Position numbers and translations under genes: made by a program. The notes beneath the pieces were generated by a model. That model worked only from the letters and a program-made list of their open reading frames with translations, was not told where the DNA came from and did no database searches. A stretch of DNA of 64,000 nucleotides from Octopus vulgaris (Eukaryota): positions 132,122,001 through 132,186,000 of the forward strand of contig OX597818.1 of assembly GCA_951406725.2 (NCBI GenBank), given 5' to 3'. Shown one piece after another: positions 27,536 through 41,683 of the stretch (the first letter of the stretch is position 1; every line of letters begins with the position of its first letter).

Positions 27536-27569
<34 letters not shown>

Positions 27570-28074
27570 CATAGAGAGAGAGAAGGAAGTGAGATATCAA
27601 TATAAATATAGTTTTTATATTACATTATCAGTTTACAACATATATATATATATATATATATATTAAATGTTTGTTTTCTATGTTCAATTATGATAAAAAC
27701 AGTTCTACATTTATCTGATAGGTTACTCTAGAGTGACTCAATACTTTTGTAGGTTCAAATTTATTATTCTTAAATAAGAATATTATTGATAGTGACTTCA
27801 AAGTATTGGCCAGCTAAGCCATGATTGGACTGCGATGCATTGAAGTTAATCTTGGCTTTATATATCACCTCTCTAACACAACTAACCCTACAACCTAATC
27901 ACCATTCCACTCAAACTCACATACCCAAAGAAGATTTTAACTCAACAGAGAGGCTGAAACTTCAAAGTCATATTTCTTAAGAATAATAAATAAATGTGTG
28001 TGTGTGTGTGTGTGTGTATGGATACATATGTTTATACACGTATATACATATGTGTGAGTGTGTGTTTGTATGCT

Positions 28075-28690
28075 TATGCATACATACATACATGCATACA
28101 TACATACATGCATGCATACATACATGCATGCATGCATGCATATGTACATACATACATACATACAGACAGACAGGCAGACATACATACATACATACATACA
28201 TACATACAGACAGACAGACAGACAGACAGACAGGCATACATACATACATACATACATACATATACATACATACGTACATACATACATACATACATCATAC
28301 ATACATACATACATACATACACGCATACATGCATACATACATACATACATGCATACATGCATACATACATCATAAATACATACATACATCATACATACAT
28401 ACATCATACATCATACATACATACATACATACAATACATACATCATACATACATACATACATACATACATACACACACCCATACATACATACATACATAC
28501 ATACATACATACATACATACATACACACATACATACATACATACACCATACATACATACATACATACATACATGCATACATGCACACACACCCATACATA
28601 CATGCATACATACATACACACACACATACATACATACATACATACACACATACATACATACATACATACTTACATACATACATACACACA
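28075..28690. repeat. (ATAC)n/(AGAC)n compound satellite, ~600 bp
   Basis: Direct reading; explains the HTYI and MYVC ORFs. Confidence 0.95.
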
Positions 28691-28918
28691 AACCATCTGT
28701 CTTTTATGCTTTTGTTTTCCCTATATGTATATCCATAAACAGTCTATTCTTCTGCGATTGTCTTTTTTATTTTAGTTTACTTGTGTAATTTATTTATTCC
28801 TCTGTCATTTTACTCTTTTTCTCTCCTTTCTTTGTCAGCACTCCTTTTTTTTTTTTTTTGCCTCTCATTTCATTTATCCAAGTCATTATTTATCTATTTC
28901 TCCCTCTCACTGTCATAG

Positions 28919-28953
<35 letters not shown>

Positions 28954-29423
28954 ACTGCATATATATCTCTGTTTATCTCTTGTTCCCCATCTTTCTCATT
29001 TGTTCTTATCATCTCTCTTTTCACTCTCACTTCCCCCCCCGATTCTCTATTTCTCCATCCAGCCATTACCTCCATGCTATTTTCTTTTCTTTTTTTTAAA
29101 TGAACAGAAACAAAAAAAAAATTATCACTTTTATCCCACTGCTTAAATTTATTTATTCACACACACACACACACACACATACACACAGAGCTTTTTTTTT
29201 GTTTTTTTTTTTTTTTTGGTGTAATTGTCTATATTCATGTATTTTTGTGTATGTGTGCATTAGTTACTCTATGTATGCTTTTATGTTGCAGATGCATGCA
29301 CATTTTGAAAGTGAATAAAATTTGAACATTTAACAAATTTTATTTTTAATGTGTTTTTCACTATATGTGCATTTGTGTGTGTGTGTGTGTGTGTGTGGAG
29401 GGGGGGTTGTGTGTATGTGTATG

Positions 29424-29522
29424 AATGGATGGATGGATGGATGGATGGATGGATGGATGGATGGATGGATGGATGGATGGATGGATGGATGGATGGATGG
29501 ATGGATGGATGGATGGATGGAT
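29424..29522. repeat. (GGAT)n microsatellite
   Basis: Direct reading. Confidence 0.95.
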
Positions 29523-32303
29523 GTACCATTGTGTTACTGGGAGTATATATGTATGTATCTATTTGTTTAAAAGTAAGAATGGATTGAAATAAAAAAAAAA
29601 ATTAGATTTTTCTAAAATCTGCGTTTGGGTTAGTATTAATGTGTATGTGTGTAATCATGTATTGCAGAGTACCTCTTTGTGTGTATCTGTTTTGTTGAGT
29701 ATCCATGTACATTTGAGACTGTGCTTTGCATATTTGTGCATGTGTATTTGCGCATGTGTAAGTGGAACAAAAAGAATTAAATTTTTCAAATTGCAAATGC
29801 TTTTTCAGTGTATGCATGCATATATGTAATTGTGCATGGATGTGTGCACATGTATGTTTGTACTTCTGTATGTCGAAGGATGAAATTGGAATGAAAAAAT
29901 TAAATTTTTCCTAAAAATCTATGTTTTGGATGTGTGTGTATGTTCATATGGGTGTATATATTTGTGTATGTGTAAAAAAGACAACAAAATTTGTAAAATA
30001 AAAATGAAAAATAAAATTTTTAGTTTTTTGTGCTGTCATCATTTTTTTTATATTTTACTTGTATATATTTCTGAATTTTGTTTTAAATCTAAAATTGTGT
30101 GTTTGTGTGTATGTGTGTGTATTACCCACACCTTCATCCTTTCACATCACCTTATCATTCTTCACCCCTTACCCTTGCTCTCAAGCTGTACAATTCCTTT
30201 CTCCATCCCTCTCAATCTCTCTCTCTCTCTCTCTCTCCCTCAATATTCTTTCACCCTTTCTCTCTCTAACATACTTTCTGTCTTTCTAATGCCTCCAACA
30301 ACATAGTAATAAGTTACCAAGCTGTCCCTTTTCTCTGTATATTTGTCTCATACACAAATCCTTGGTCTCCTGCCAACACTCTGTACTCCTTTGACTCCTT
30401 CCTTCCTGCTCCCTCCACTCTGTACAGCTTCTCACTTCTTTACTCCCTTTTTCTTTATTCTTTCATATATCTCCTTTTTCTCCTTTTGTTTGTCCTACTC
30501 ACCATCCATCTCATTCTCTCTCTCTCTCTCTCTCGCTTCATCCCCCTCTCCCCTTCTCTGTCTCCTTCAAACTCTCTATCTCTCACTCTTCTTTCCTCTC
30601 AGTAACATGTTACCTAGCTGTCTCTTACACACACCCTCATGCCATTCATCACACCCTTCCCATCCAGTGCCTTCCTTCTATTTCTCTCACACACATACAT
30701 CTCGACATTGCTTCTTTCTTTCTCTTTGTATACATACATACACGCATACATACATACATACATTCATGCACACATGCGCACGCACACACACACACACACA
30801 CACACACAATGTATATGTGTATGTTTGTATATTTCTCTCTTTTTCTTTCTCCAACATAGTTACTGGGCTATCCCTTTCTCTGTAAACACTTTCTTACTCC
30901 AATGCCCACCTTCTAAAGTTCTCCCCTGACTGAGTCTCATATCACAGGCTTTCTTACTCTCCATCTCTCCCGCTCTGTCCTTGTATAACTTTTTCTCTCC
31001 CTATCTCTACTACTATTACTATCTATCTCTCCAATGTAATAATAAGTTACCAAGCTGTCCCCCTCTATATTTTTGAATATTGTCCTGTGTAAAATATGCT
31101 TTTTGTCCCATACCCAACCTGTCACACCATTCCCCAACCATAATCTTACTCTCCACCACAAGCCCCTCTCAAACCACTTCCACTCTGTTCATTTTTTTTT
31201 TCAATTCAGCTCCCCACCCCGAACACAATATCTTCCTGTCTATCCCCTCTTTCTGTCTATATATTTATCTTCCCACTTCTGTCTTCTTTCTTTTCTTTCT
31301 TTCATTCTTTCTTTCTTCCTTTCTTTTACTCTCTCTCTCCCTCTCTCACTTTCTCCCTCACTCTCTCCATCACTCTCTCTCTCTCTGCCTGGCTGCCTGC
31401 ATGTCTGTCTGTGTGTCCAATTGTCTGTCTCTAGAGAAAATAGGTTTCACCAACTTACTGTTATTCTCCCACATGCATTGAATTTTAATTTGAAATTTGA
31501 ACTGGAAATTTTCTTCTCTTGAAATGAAGATGACATAATCCTTCCTAATCAATAAACACAGACAGAAGAAAGCAGCAACTCTTTGTAAAAGGAACCCTGG
31601 AAGTAGTGGTGGTAGTGGTAGTAGTGATGGTAGTGGTGGTAGTGGTGACAGTAGGGATGATGGTGGTGGTTGAGGTAGATAGTGGGTTGTTATGGTGGTA
31701 GTGGTGTTGGTAAGAGTAAATATAGTAGAGATGGTAGTGGGGTAGCAGTAATTGTGGTTGGTAATAGTAAATGAAGCCTAGTGGGTTGTGAAGGTGGTTG
31801 GCATTAGTAAATGTAGTATAGATAGTGGTAGTAAGAGTGGTTGTGATTGGTAATTGTAAGTTTATGGAAGATGGTGTTAGTGGTGCCTAACAGTGGTAGT
31901 GTGTGGTAGTTGATGTAGAGATGGTGATAGTAGTAACATAAACAATAGAGATGGTAGTGCTGATGGAGGATTACAGTACTTATGGATGTTAGATGTTATG
32001 TGTGATGTTTTTATGGTGGTGGTGGTGGTGGTGGTGGTGGTGGTGGTGGTAGTAGTAGCAGCAGCAGCAGCAGCAGTAGTTGCATCGGTTGCTGTTAAAC
32101 AGATGAGGCGACTCAAACTAGATTCTGTTGGGATTTAGGTGACCTGGATCAGGTTCAGAATAAGAGTTAAGATAGTGAAGAGGATGGCCCATATCCAATT
32201 GCTGTTGGTTGGAGTTTGTGTGAGATTAGATTAGCCCCAAGTTTGAGCTGAATTGAATTGGGTTGAGTTAAGCTGTGCCTTATTATGTCGGTTCTATCTA
32301 GTA

Positions 32304-32535
32304 TTAAACCTTTTGTTACAAAATTTCTATTGAAATGCATTGCCATTGTCTCAATTCATTTTGAAAATAATGAAGAATTTAGTAAAATGATTTTATCATT
32401 ATTTTATTGGTGCTTGGAATATAAATTAACATGAGGTTTTGATGGCAGGTTTTAATTTAAATCACTTTAAAACAGGAAGTTTATATCATAGGGCCATGGG
32501 GTAGTCTTAGGTGGGTTGGTATTAAAAGGCTTTAA
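32304..32535. mobile_element. Degraded inverted copy of the 26443 piggyBac-type MITE
   Basis: gaagaatttagtaaaat, aggttttgatggcaggttttaattt and gggttggt match the reverse complement of 26443-26662; TTAA at both ends. Confidence 0.7.
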
Positions 32536-34105
32536 GAGAAATATTGTTTGGTTGGCTGAGGCCTAGGCAAAGTATTCTTGGTAAATATAGCTGCTTATTT
32601 TATGAAATCTTTGTTATCATTAGGAATAAAATATTAAAAAAAAAACTCTATTTTCATAATTATTTGTAAATTATAAAGACAGGTGATAGAAATAGCCATG
32701 TGTCAAACTAAATGCCTTGCAATATTCAGTTGTTACAAAGGTTGACTTCGCCTTTCATTCTTCTGATAGCAGTAAGTGGCTGTCAAATACTGGTGTAGGT
32801 TTGATTCAGTCACTGATCCCCCAGAGTGTTAGTTTTGTGCTAGTCACTATTATTATTATTTTTAATAAAGGAAGGACTGGGGTAGTTTCATAAGGAATAG
32901 AGTGTCTAAGTAAATGCCTTGTGATATTTACTGATATCCTTTTTATGTTCTAAGTTTAAACCTTGCTGAAGATGAACTTTGTTCATCTCCCCAGGATCAC
33001 TCAAATAATTACCTTCCATGTACTAGAACCTGTTTGATTTAATTGACCATATCCTCTCCCCTAACAAAGATGTGATCTTGTGTGCTAAAGTTAGAAATCA
33101 TTTTGTTTTAGTTTTGCTAGAATCATCAGAATCATTTCTTTAGATTTACATGTGCTTACATACATTACCAGCAATTAATGCTTGTTACCTTAAACTTCTT
33201 TCAACGGCCCTCTATAGAGTTAAATGAAAGATAAAGTTATTCTTTTTTAAATGCCCGATTACGAAGGAAGATATTGCAAATGAGAGGTGATAATCATCTT
33301 AATCAACCAGTTAGCTGTGTTATGCTATACATAATAAATACACAAATATACTCTAGTTTGTTATTCTATGATAGGTGGCATTAAACTGAGAATTTTATTG
33401 CCTGTCAAAGTATCAAAGTATGTCCTCCTTAGTGGATGGATTGATGGATATATGGATATGCGGATGGATATATGGATATGCGGATGGATATATAGATTGA
33501 TGCCAGCTGCTTTTGAATATTTGCAAAAACATTTTTCATGTATTCGCTTTTTAAAAAAAAATTGTTGTTTCATTTTAATTATTTTATAATTTTTGTTAAT
33601 ATGTTATATCTTTTTAAAAATAATTTTTCCTCGTGTTATCATATTCATCATCATTATTATTTAATTATTTAATGTCCCATTTTTTTAGTCCTACATTGGC
33701 ATGGGTTGCATGGGTTTGCTGTACAGCAATATCACTACTCCTTTTGGTCCTTTGTTATCTCGTCCTGAGATCCGGTATCCTGAGATCTGAAGGCCCTTTC
33801 CCCTTTTATTTTACTTATACTTTTGTGTTTCATCATTTGTCTTTCATTTTCTATTTGCTATTTTACTTCATTTATAACTCATTTGCTGGTGTGTTTGTGC
33901 GTTTGCTTGTGCATGTGAGAGTATACTTATATAAGGGAGTGTGTGTGTGTGTGTGCACACATGCATGTGTGCATGTGTATATACGTACAGATTTACTCTG
34001 CATGTGGTCTGTGTGTATCTGTGTCTTTTGCTATCTTGTCTCTCTCACAGTTTCTTTCTGTTTGTCTCTCCCTCACTCCATACACACACACATATACACA
34101 TTTGG

Positions 34106-34134
<29 letters not shown>

Positions 34135-34156
<22 letters not shown>

Positions 34157-34295
34157 CACACACACACACACACTCGTGTACATATCATCATCATCATCAT
34201 TATCATCGTTTAAAGCGAACGTTAAACAATGATGATGATGATGATGATATGTACAAGAGTGTGTGTGTGTGTATAAATATATATATATATATATA
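34135..34295. repeat. Inverted duplication centred on a micro-fragment of the family E/RTE 3' tail
   Basis: ...cacactcgtgtacatatcatcat..catcgtttaa | agcgaacg | ttaaacaatgat..gatatgtacaagagtgtgtg... Confidence 0.85.
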
Positions 34296-34695
34296 CATTG
34301 AATGTATTCATGGATATGATGTGTGTATATGTATGTATTATGTATGTACCTATTACACATGCTTTTGTGTGTTTCTTACATATATACATATATATTGCAT
34401 ATATCTTACATGTGTGTATGGAGTATGGTATATATATTCATGCATGTGTGTGTGTGTGTGTGTGTGTGTAATGTGCTGGATTTTACAGTTGGAGAAACTG
34501 GTGTGTGTGTGTGTATGTTACATTTGCTGCTATTCTGCACTAAGCATTGATCAAAGACACAAATATACACCAATCTCAGGCTTTGCATCTCTCGCTCTGC
34601 ATGAATGTATCTATATGTTTCTATATTGGTCTACAAGTGTTTATGTGAGTGCACACACGTGCACATGCGTGCGCATACACACACACACATGTGTG

Positions 34696-34729
<34 letters not shown>

Positions 34730-34932
34730 ATATATATCTGCTTGCATATTTGTTTGTGAAACTTGAAACTGAGTAGCTTAAGCTTTGCTCATTGAAGAGC
34801 AAGTAGTCCTGCTTAGACAGTGCTTTAGTGGTGGTGGTGGTGGTGGTAGTTGTTAGTTGGTGTGGGGTGATGTTGCTAGTGGGTAATTGTAGTACAGGAT
34901 GAAGTAGTGATAGCAGTAGCAGCAGCAGCAGT

Positions 34933-34987
<55 letters not shown>

Positions 34988-35085
34988 TAGTTTATTCTTT
35001 CTTGTGAAGGTGGGTGTTTTTCATTGGTTGAAAAGAGGGGTATGCATGTGTGCATTTATATATGTGTGCGTATATATATATATAA

Positions 35086-35130
<45 letters not shown>

Positions 35131-35639
35131 AGTATGTATGAATGGATGTTGAGAAAGGGATGGTATGAGGGAGTAGAAATAGTGGGAGGTAAGCAAGTAA
35201 TGCAAGGCAGTGTTTTGGGAGAAACATGAATATTGATATTATTTTATTTACATTTTTAAAATTTATTTTACTTCAAATCTTTTGGTGCTTCTACTACTAC
35301 TACACTACTACAGATAATAATAGATACTGCTGCTTCTACTACTAATACTATTACTACTACTTCTACTACTACTGCTGCTGCTGCTACAATTATTGCAGCT
35401 AATATTACTACAAGTTGTAGGGGTGGTCTTGGATAGTTCAAAGACTAACAGATACAACTGCATCTTAATTTAAATCAATAATGACCAGTTCTTTATTTGC
35501 CAGAAGATCAACAAACAGGAATATTACAATGCGACATATTTTTTATTTTACATTGGTACAGGGTAAAACACCACCACACTATTCGTGGGTTTTTTGTTGG
35601 TGTATATTTGTTTTATTCTTTATTTCGTTTACTTTTCTA

Positions 35640-36265
35640 CAAGTTTCAGTCATTGTAGTATGGCCATGTTGAGACAGGCTCTCCTTTATGCTTTAGTAGA
35701 TCAAATTGACCCAAGTGCTTACCTCAGTCTGTTTTTTGTTTTGACAATCCCTATTTATCAAATGGCCAGGTAACATTTTCGTTAAGCGATACGTCACCAG
35801 TTTACACCAGAGAACATAAACACAAACATGAACATGGAAACATATATATTTCTTTACTACCCACAAGGGGCTAAACATAGAGAGGACAAACAAGGACAGA
35901 CAAAGGGATTAAGTCGATTACATCGACTCCAGTGCGTAACTGGTACTTTATTTATCGACCCCGAAAGGATGAAAGGCAAAGTCGACCTCGGCGAAATTTG
36001 AACTCGGAACGTAACGACAGACGAGATACGGCTGCGCATTTCGCCCGGCGTGCTAACGTTTCTGCCAGCTCGACGCCCTAACATGGAAACATATAGGTGT
36101 GTGTGTGTGTATGTGTGCATACACACACATGCACAAGAGAGACAATCACACATTTTCCACCCACCAAATCCACTAACAAGTGTCGGTCAATGCAAAGTTA
36201 CAGTAGAAGGCACATGCTTAATGTTCCATGTAGCAGAATTGAAGACAAACCCATGTGGCCATGTC
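35640..36265 (-). mobile_element. Old SINE family A hosting a nested family B copy
   Basis: Tail gtttcagtcattgtagtatggccatg at 35643; middle and head resume after 36095. Confidence 0.65.
35847..36079 (-). mobile_element. SINE family B, full length, 16-bp TSD
   Basis: Reverse complement of 27311-27535; TSD aacatggaaacatata at 35831-35846 and 36080-36095. Confidence 0.92.
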
Positions 36266-37806
36266 TGCATCTATATATGTACAAAAATAATGATTATGAT
36301 AATAATTTCACACAAGATGATATATTTCAAAGAAAGGAGATTATATCGACCTAAGTACAGGACTGGCACTTATTTTAATGACCACTTGAGGATGAAAAGC
36401 AAATCGATTTCCGTGGGATTTGGTCTCAAAATATAATAGACATTAGCAAATACTGCAAGGAATTTTATCCATCATCTACCAAAACTAATGCTTGCTCACA
36501 CACACACACACACACACATTCACTCACTTATCTGTACACATATATATATATATTGCATACAGATACATACACACACATACACATAACATACATATACACA
36601 TGTATGTAATTATATATGTGTGTGTATGTGTGTGTGTATGTGTGTGTGTGTGTGTGTGTGTGTTTGTGTGTGTGTGTATTTTATGTTTGAACTAAAGTAA
36701 GCTTTTTGTTTGTTATGATCATAAAGCATTGTACTAAGATGTCCATGTAATGGCAAAACAGGAAATGGCTACTGTTTCACCATCCTTTGTAGTTTATTCT
36801 CCCACATTATCTAGCTTTCATATTTATAATATTTTTTTAATTAATTAGCAATAATGGTAGTCTCTGATTTAGGCACAAGGTACATAGTTTTGAGAGTTGG
36901 GATAGAGGTCACGGTAGGGTTTATTTGATTATATTTCAGAACTACAATTGTGGAAGGATGAAAGCTAAAATTCCCTTTGGTGGGATTTGAACTCGGGACA
37001 AATGCTACTTGTTTTTTACTCAATGGAGGACCCCAACTGCACATATAAAAAGCAGGGCAAAGTTGCATTTTATATGCTGTAAAATATGGATATTAATATG
37101 TGTGTATATGTATGTATATGCATATATATATATATGTGTGTGTGTGTATATGTATGTATATATACACACACATACATGTACATATGCATAATTATGCACA
37201 CAATATATATCAATATCTATTTATATATAATACTTATCTCTCTCTCAATCAATCAATCTATTTATCTATCAATGCAGCCACACACACACACACACACACA
37301 CACAGAGGCACATATATAAAGACAGACAGACAAGCAGGCAGATGTGTGTGGTGTGTGTGTATACTGTGTATTGTATATGTATTTTGTGCATACAGATTAT
37401 TATTATTCCATAAATCTCTATGTACCATCAATAAGGAAACGTCTGATTTTCATTTTAGCTGTTTCAGATATATTTCCAGAAATTAAAAAAATTTTATTGA
37501 GATAATGTAATTCAAAAATGAGATTAATATATTCAACTGATATCCCTCCTCCTCCTCCTCTGCTACCACCACCACCACCACCACCACCACTACCACCACC
37601 ACCATCATCATCAACATCAACAACAATATGAAATACCATTTATCATTTGTACCGTATCAAATTTTTTAAAAGTATTTCATCATAATTTAATGTCTGATTA
37701 CATTTAAAGCTTATTACTTTTTGATAAAATATTTGCAAACTGGCAGTGAATTTAGAGACCTGGTTGTATCCTTTCTTTTACAACCCTAATTTCATCACAA
37801 AGGATT

Positions 37807-37842
<36 letters not shown>

Positions 37843-39849
37843 ATATATATATATATATATATATCGTGCATACACACAATGTATATGTAGGCATATAAAA
37901 CTATATAAAGAGTATCCAATACTAAGTGTTGAGCACTCTAATTTACTATAAGGTGAAACTTGATAAACCTTTACTTTTAGTTCCTTGATATCAGACTTTG
38001 GACATATATCAGTAATGAGAAACTTGGAATTATGATCTGTGAAATTTCAGTTGATATTAATCTATCTGTGTATCCATGTTATGAATGCAAACATTTATCT
38101 CTCTGTCTGTCTGTGTGTCCATCTATACATTTTCAAGGTTTTCTCATGCTGTCTCTCTTCATTTATGTTCTCCATTTTCTCATTTCAAGATTTTGAAATT
38201 ATAAATATATTTTACTGACTATGTCATTTATGAATTTGACTACATGATAAAGTCAGTTGAAGACCTAACATCACTCTTATAAGCTATCCCTACACTGTTT
38301 GTGTGGTTGCATATTTGTGTAGTTTGTCTCCAACTTTAAGGATTCATTTGTGCCATTGAAATTCCAGTTAACCATCTTTGTTTGGCTAATTGATTATGCA
38401 TGCCCAACAACCTACTGGCAACAAGTTGATTGAACAAAAGCAGTTTTTTTTCTTTCACAACAATACAAAGAAAATATTTTGAGTAAAATATATCAGCTGC
38501 CTTAAAAAAGCTAAAGTTTAAAATTTTTGAAATCATATTTCTTCTGGTAATTATGTAGCTAATACATTAAGTGATATTTTCAGTATCTGGTAAATGTCAG
38601 ACAGTTGAGATAGCCTTTTGGCAAGCTGATTTTGGAATTCAGCCTTGTCTCTTCTTTGTAGATATTTCATTTCAATTCTCCCCACTTTTTTCTGGCACTT
38701 ACAGCTTGATTATTTTATAATGAGAGTTAAAGTAGGTTTTTCCAGTAGATATTAACGAAGTTTTTCTCAGTAGAAATTCTACTCTCAAGGTTGATGTACC
38801 TAAAATAACTTTTCCAGCTTCTTTCAATGTCTTGTTTCCCATGCTTGAGTGGGGTCAGACAAGAATAAGTTGGGGGCCGAGTTTTTGCAGTCTGACACCC
38901 TTCTTGACACCAACCTTCACTTGTTTCCACCTGTTTACAAAGATCATGCAACATGTCAAGATATGTTAACTTGGACACACTTTTGCAGTAAACTGCATGA
39001 ATATTACACTGTCCACACAATGCACGAACAGTGAGGCCATAATTTACTATCAGCAAACACACAGGAAGATTAGGGTAAATATGAACTCACTCTCAAATGC
39101 ACACAGAAACATTTCGTTGGCATATGGTTGTCTTATGAACACAAGGAAATAAAACACTCCAAAAATGCCATTATATTTGCTTCTTGTGAATTGCTTGTGT
39201 CTTATAATATGTCTTAAAACTTTTTTCCCTTAATTATTAGTCAAATAGGCAAAAGCACTTGAAAGATGTGAGTTGCAGATGTAAACACATGCACACACAC
39301 ACACACACGCACTTGTTCACACATGCACCCCACACACACACATGTGCACACACACAAACACACATTATATGAAAGGCTTATTTTTCCTTGTAGTTTGAGT
39401 GGCAATGTAGACCCTCACTTTATATGGTAGGTGATATAATTCATAATTGTAACTCAGTGGGATTGTTTACAAATTCATTGACAGGAAGGGCCAAAGGGGA
39501 AAATCTATCTGTAATAGACCAATTCTCTTGAGCACTTAATACTATGAAGCATAGAAAAATAGAGTGGCTGGAATATTTCCTCTTGTTTTGCATTGTTTGA
39601 CCAGTATATACTTGAATGAGGACAGGTGTTTTAGAATATTTTATAGGATTTGAACACAGAAATAAGAGACATCAAGCATGAAGTGCCACAAATATCAGGA
39701 ACCAGTAATATAATGGTTTCTATTCAATCTTCTAACACACTTTCCTTCAAAAAAAGTTAACACATCTTCATAATTTTCTTTTCTTTTTATACAAATAGCA
39801 TCAGATTTCATGCTTGACTAAAGACTGCATTATTCTTTTATTGTACATA

Positions 39850-41115
39850 CAGGGGGTTGACAAAATAATGGAAACACCTTAAAATTTCAAACAAATTTAT
39901 TTTAATATGGAGTAGGACCGCCTTTGGCAGTAATTACAGCTTGAATTTTATGAGGTATGAACTCATACAAAGTTTGAATTGTTTCCAAAGGAATTTTTGT
40001 CCATTCTTCAGCTAAAACAGTCTCTAGTTCTTGTAGTGATGATGGTGGAGGATAGCTACTCCTTACTTCTTCTTCTAAAATGCACCATAAATGTTCAATA
40101 ATATTGAGATGTGGGGACTGTGGTGGCCAGATAAGATGTCCAACTTCACTAGAATGTTCCTCATGCCATTCACTAACAACTTTAGCTGTATGAATTGGTG
40201 CATTATCATTCTGAAAGATTTTGTTTCCTGCAAGGAACAGTTCTGCAACCATGCGATGAATTTGATCAGATAAAATGCTTAAATAATCTTGACTATTAAT
40301 TCTGCCATAAAGGGAAACCATTGGGCTGGCAGATTTCCAAGATACAGCCCCCCTTCCCAGATCATCACAGATCTTCCTACATGTTTAACAGTTGGAAGAA
40401 GGCAGTCTGGATCAAATGCTTCTTTTGGCTGTCTCCACACATATACTCAGCTAGTGATTGGAAATAAGGTAAAGGATGAGAAAATAACATTCTTCCTCTG
40501 CTCTAGGGACCAATTCTGTAGGATTCACTCCACTCAAAATGCTTTGCAACATTTGTTTTTGAAGGTAGTGGTTTTCTGATTGCAGCCCTCCCATGAAATC
40601 TGGCTTTGTGCAGTTCCCAGGGAACAGTTTTTGTGGAAACTAAATTCTCAAGGTGGTCATTAAGCTCTGCAATAATTTCAGGAGCTGTACTTTTGTGATC
40701 CTTTCGAACAATTCATGTAAGAGTCTGATGGTCCCTATTTGAAAGTTTAGGTTTTCTTCTGGAGTTATGTTTCGATGAGGAAGTTTTTCCATCTTTCTCA
40801 AAGGCTGTCATTACTTTCAAGACAAAACTTCTTGATACACCAAACATTTTGACTGTTTTTGTTATGCTAGCACCTGCCATACGAGCACCAACAATTTGAC
40901 TTGTTTAAAAGTCCAATAGATCTGTCACTTTAATGAATTTTAATTACCTTTTTCTGATGATATTTGGAAAGAAATAGCAATTTTAGCAAAACATATTAAG
41001 CAACACTAGTAATAAATCAAAAAACAAAAATAAAGAAGCTTTTGATGGTTTTATAGATATTTCAAAATTATGATGTCATGATGCTAGGTGTTTCCATTAT
41101 TTTGTCCAATCTTTG
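39850..41115 (-). mobile_element. Tc1/mariner DNA transposon, full length (1266 bp), DD36E type
   Basis: TA TSD at 39848-49 and 41116-17; ~30-bp TIRs cagggggttgacaaaataatggaaacacct / aggtgtttccattattttgtccaatctttg (inner 21 bp perfect); internal transposase relic. Confidence 0.93.
39902..40928 (-). pseudogene. Tc1-family transposase pseudogene
   Basis: Motifs QIVGARMAGAS, PTVKH, QNDNAPIH, WPPQSPHLNIIEHLW, AKGGPTPY. Start appears as GTG at 40926-28; DES of the first catalytic motif missing (VIFS-SFTL); in-frame TGA at 40447-49. Confidence 0.9.
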
Positions 41116-41569
41116 TATAAATATATTTTTTCTTAAGGGAAGAAACTTTTCATGTCTATAAAAAAATTTTTAGGTATATTTTAAACCCCATAATCAAAAA
41201 GGTTCTCAGAAAAATCTGACGAAAAAATAATATGTAAACCAAAAGCTCCTAGACACCTTTATGTAATCTCTTATTTTAAGTTTAGTCTTGTACTTTCTGT
41301 TCTCCCTCAGGGTTGCATTGAAAAAAAACAACAACAACAAAAACTAATATTTAATGTTTATTCTGATTATATTGAGAAATACTAAACACATAAAAGTATA
41401 TACTCAACATTTTGAAGATGACATTTTATATCTGTAGCAAATAGGTTTTATTTATTTGCTGCTGTCTCTTCTTTAGAGCCCCTAACTTAATTTTAATGAA
41501 GAATTAAATTCTCAAATAACTAAGAGATGGTTGTAAAATAACACCCATCAATTACAGGAAAAACTTACT

Positions 41570-41570
<1 letters not shown>

Positions 41571-41621
<51 letters not shown>

Positions 41622-41683
41622 GAAGAAGAAGAAGAAGAAGAAGAAGAAGAAGAAGAAGAAGAAGAAGAAGAAGAAGAAGAAGA
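41571..41683. repeat. (AAT)n(AAG)n compound microsatellite
   Basis: Direct reading. Confidence 0.95.

Noticed and set aside
27937-28788. Long ORFs (up to 264 aa) of HTYI/MYVC repeats
   Set aside because: Translations of stop-free (ATAC)n microsatellite.
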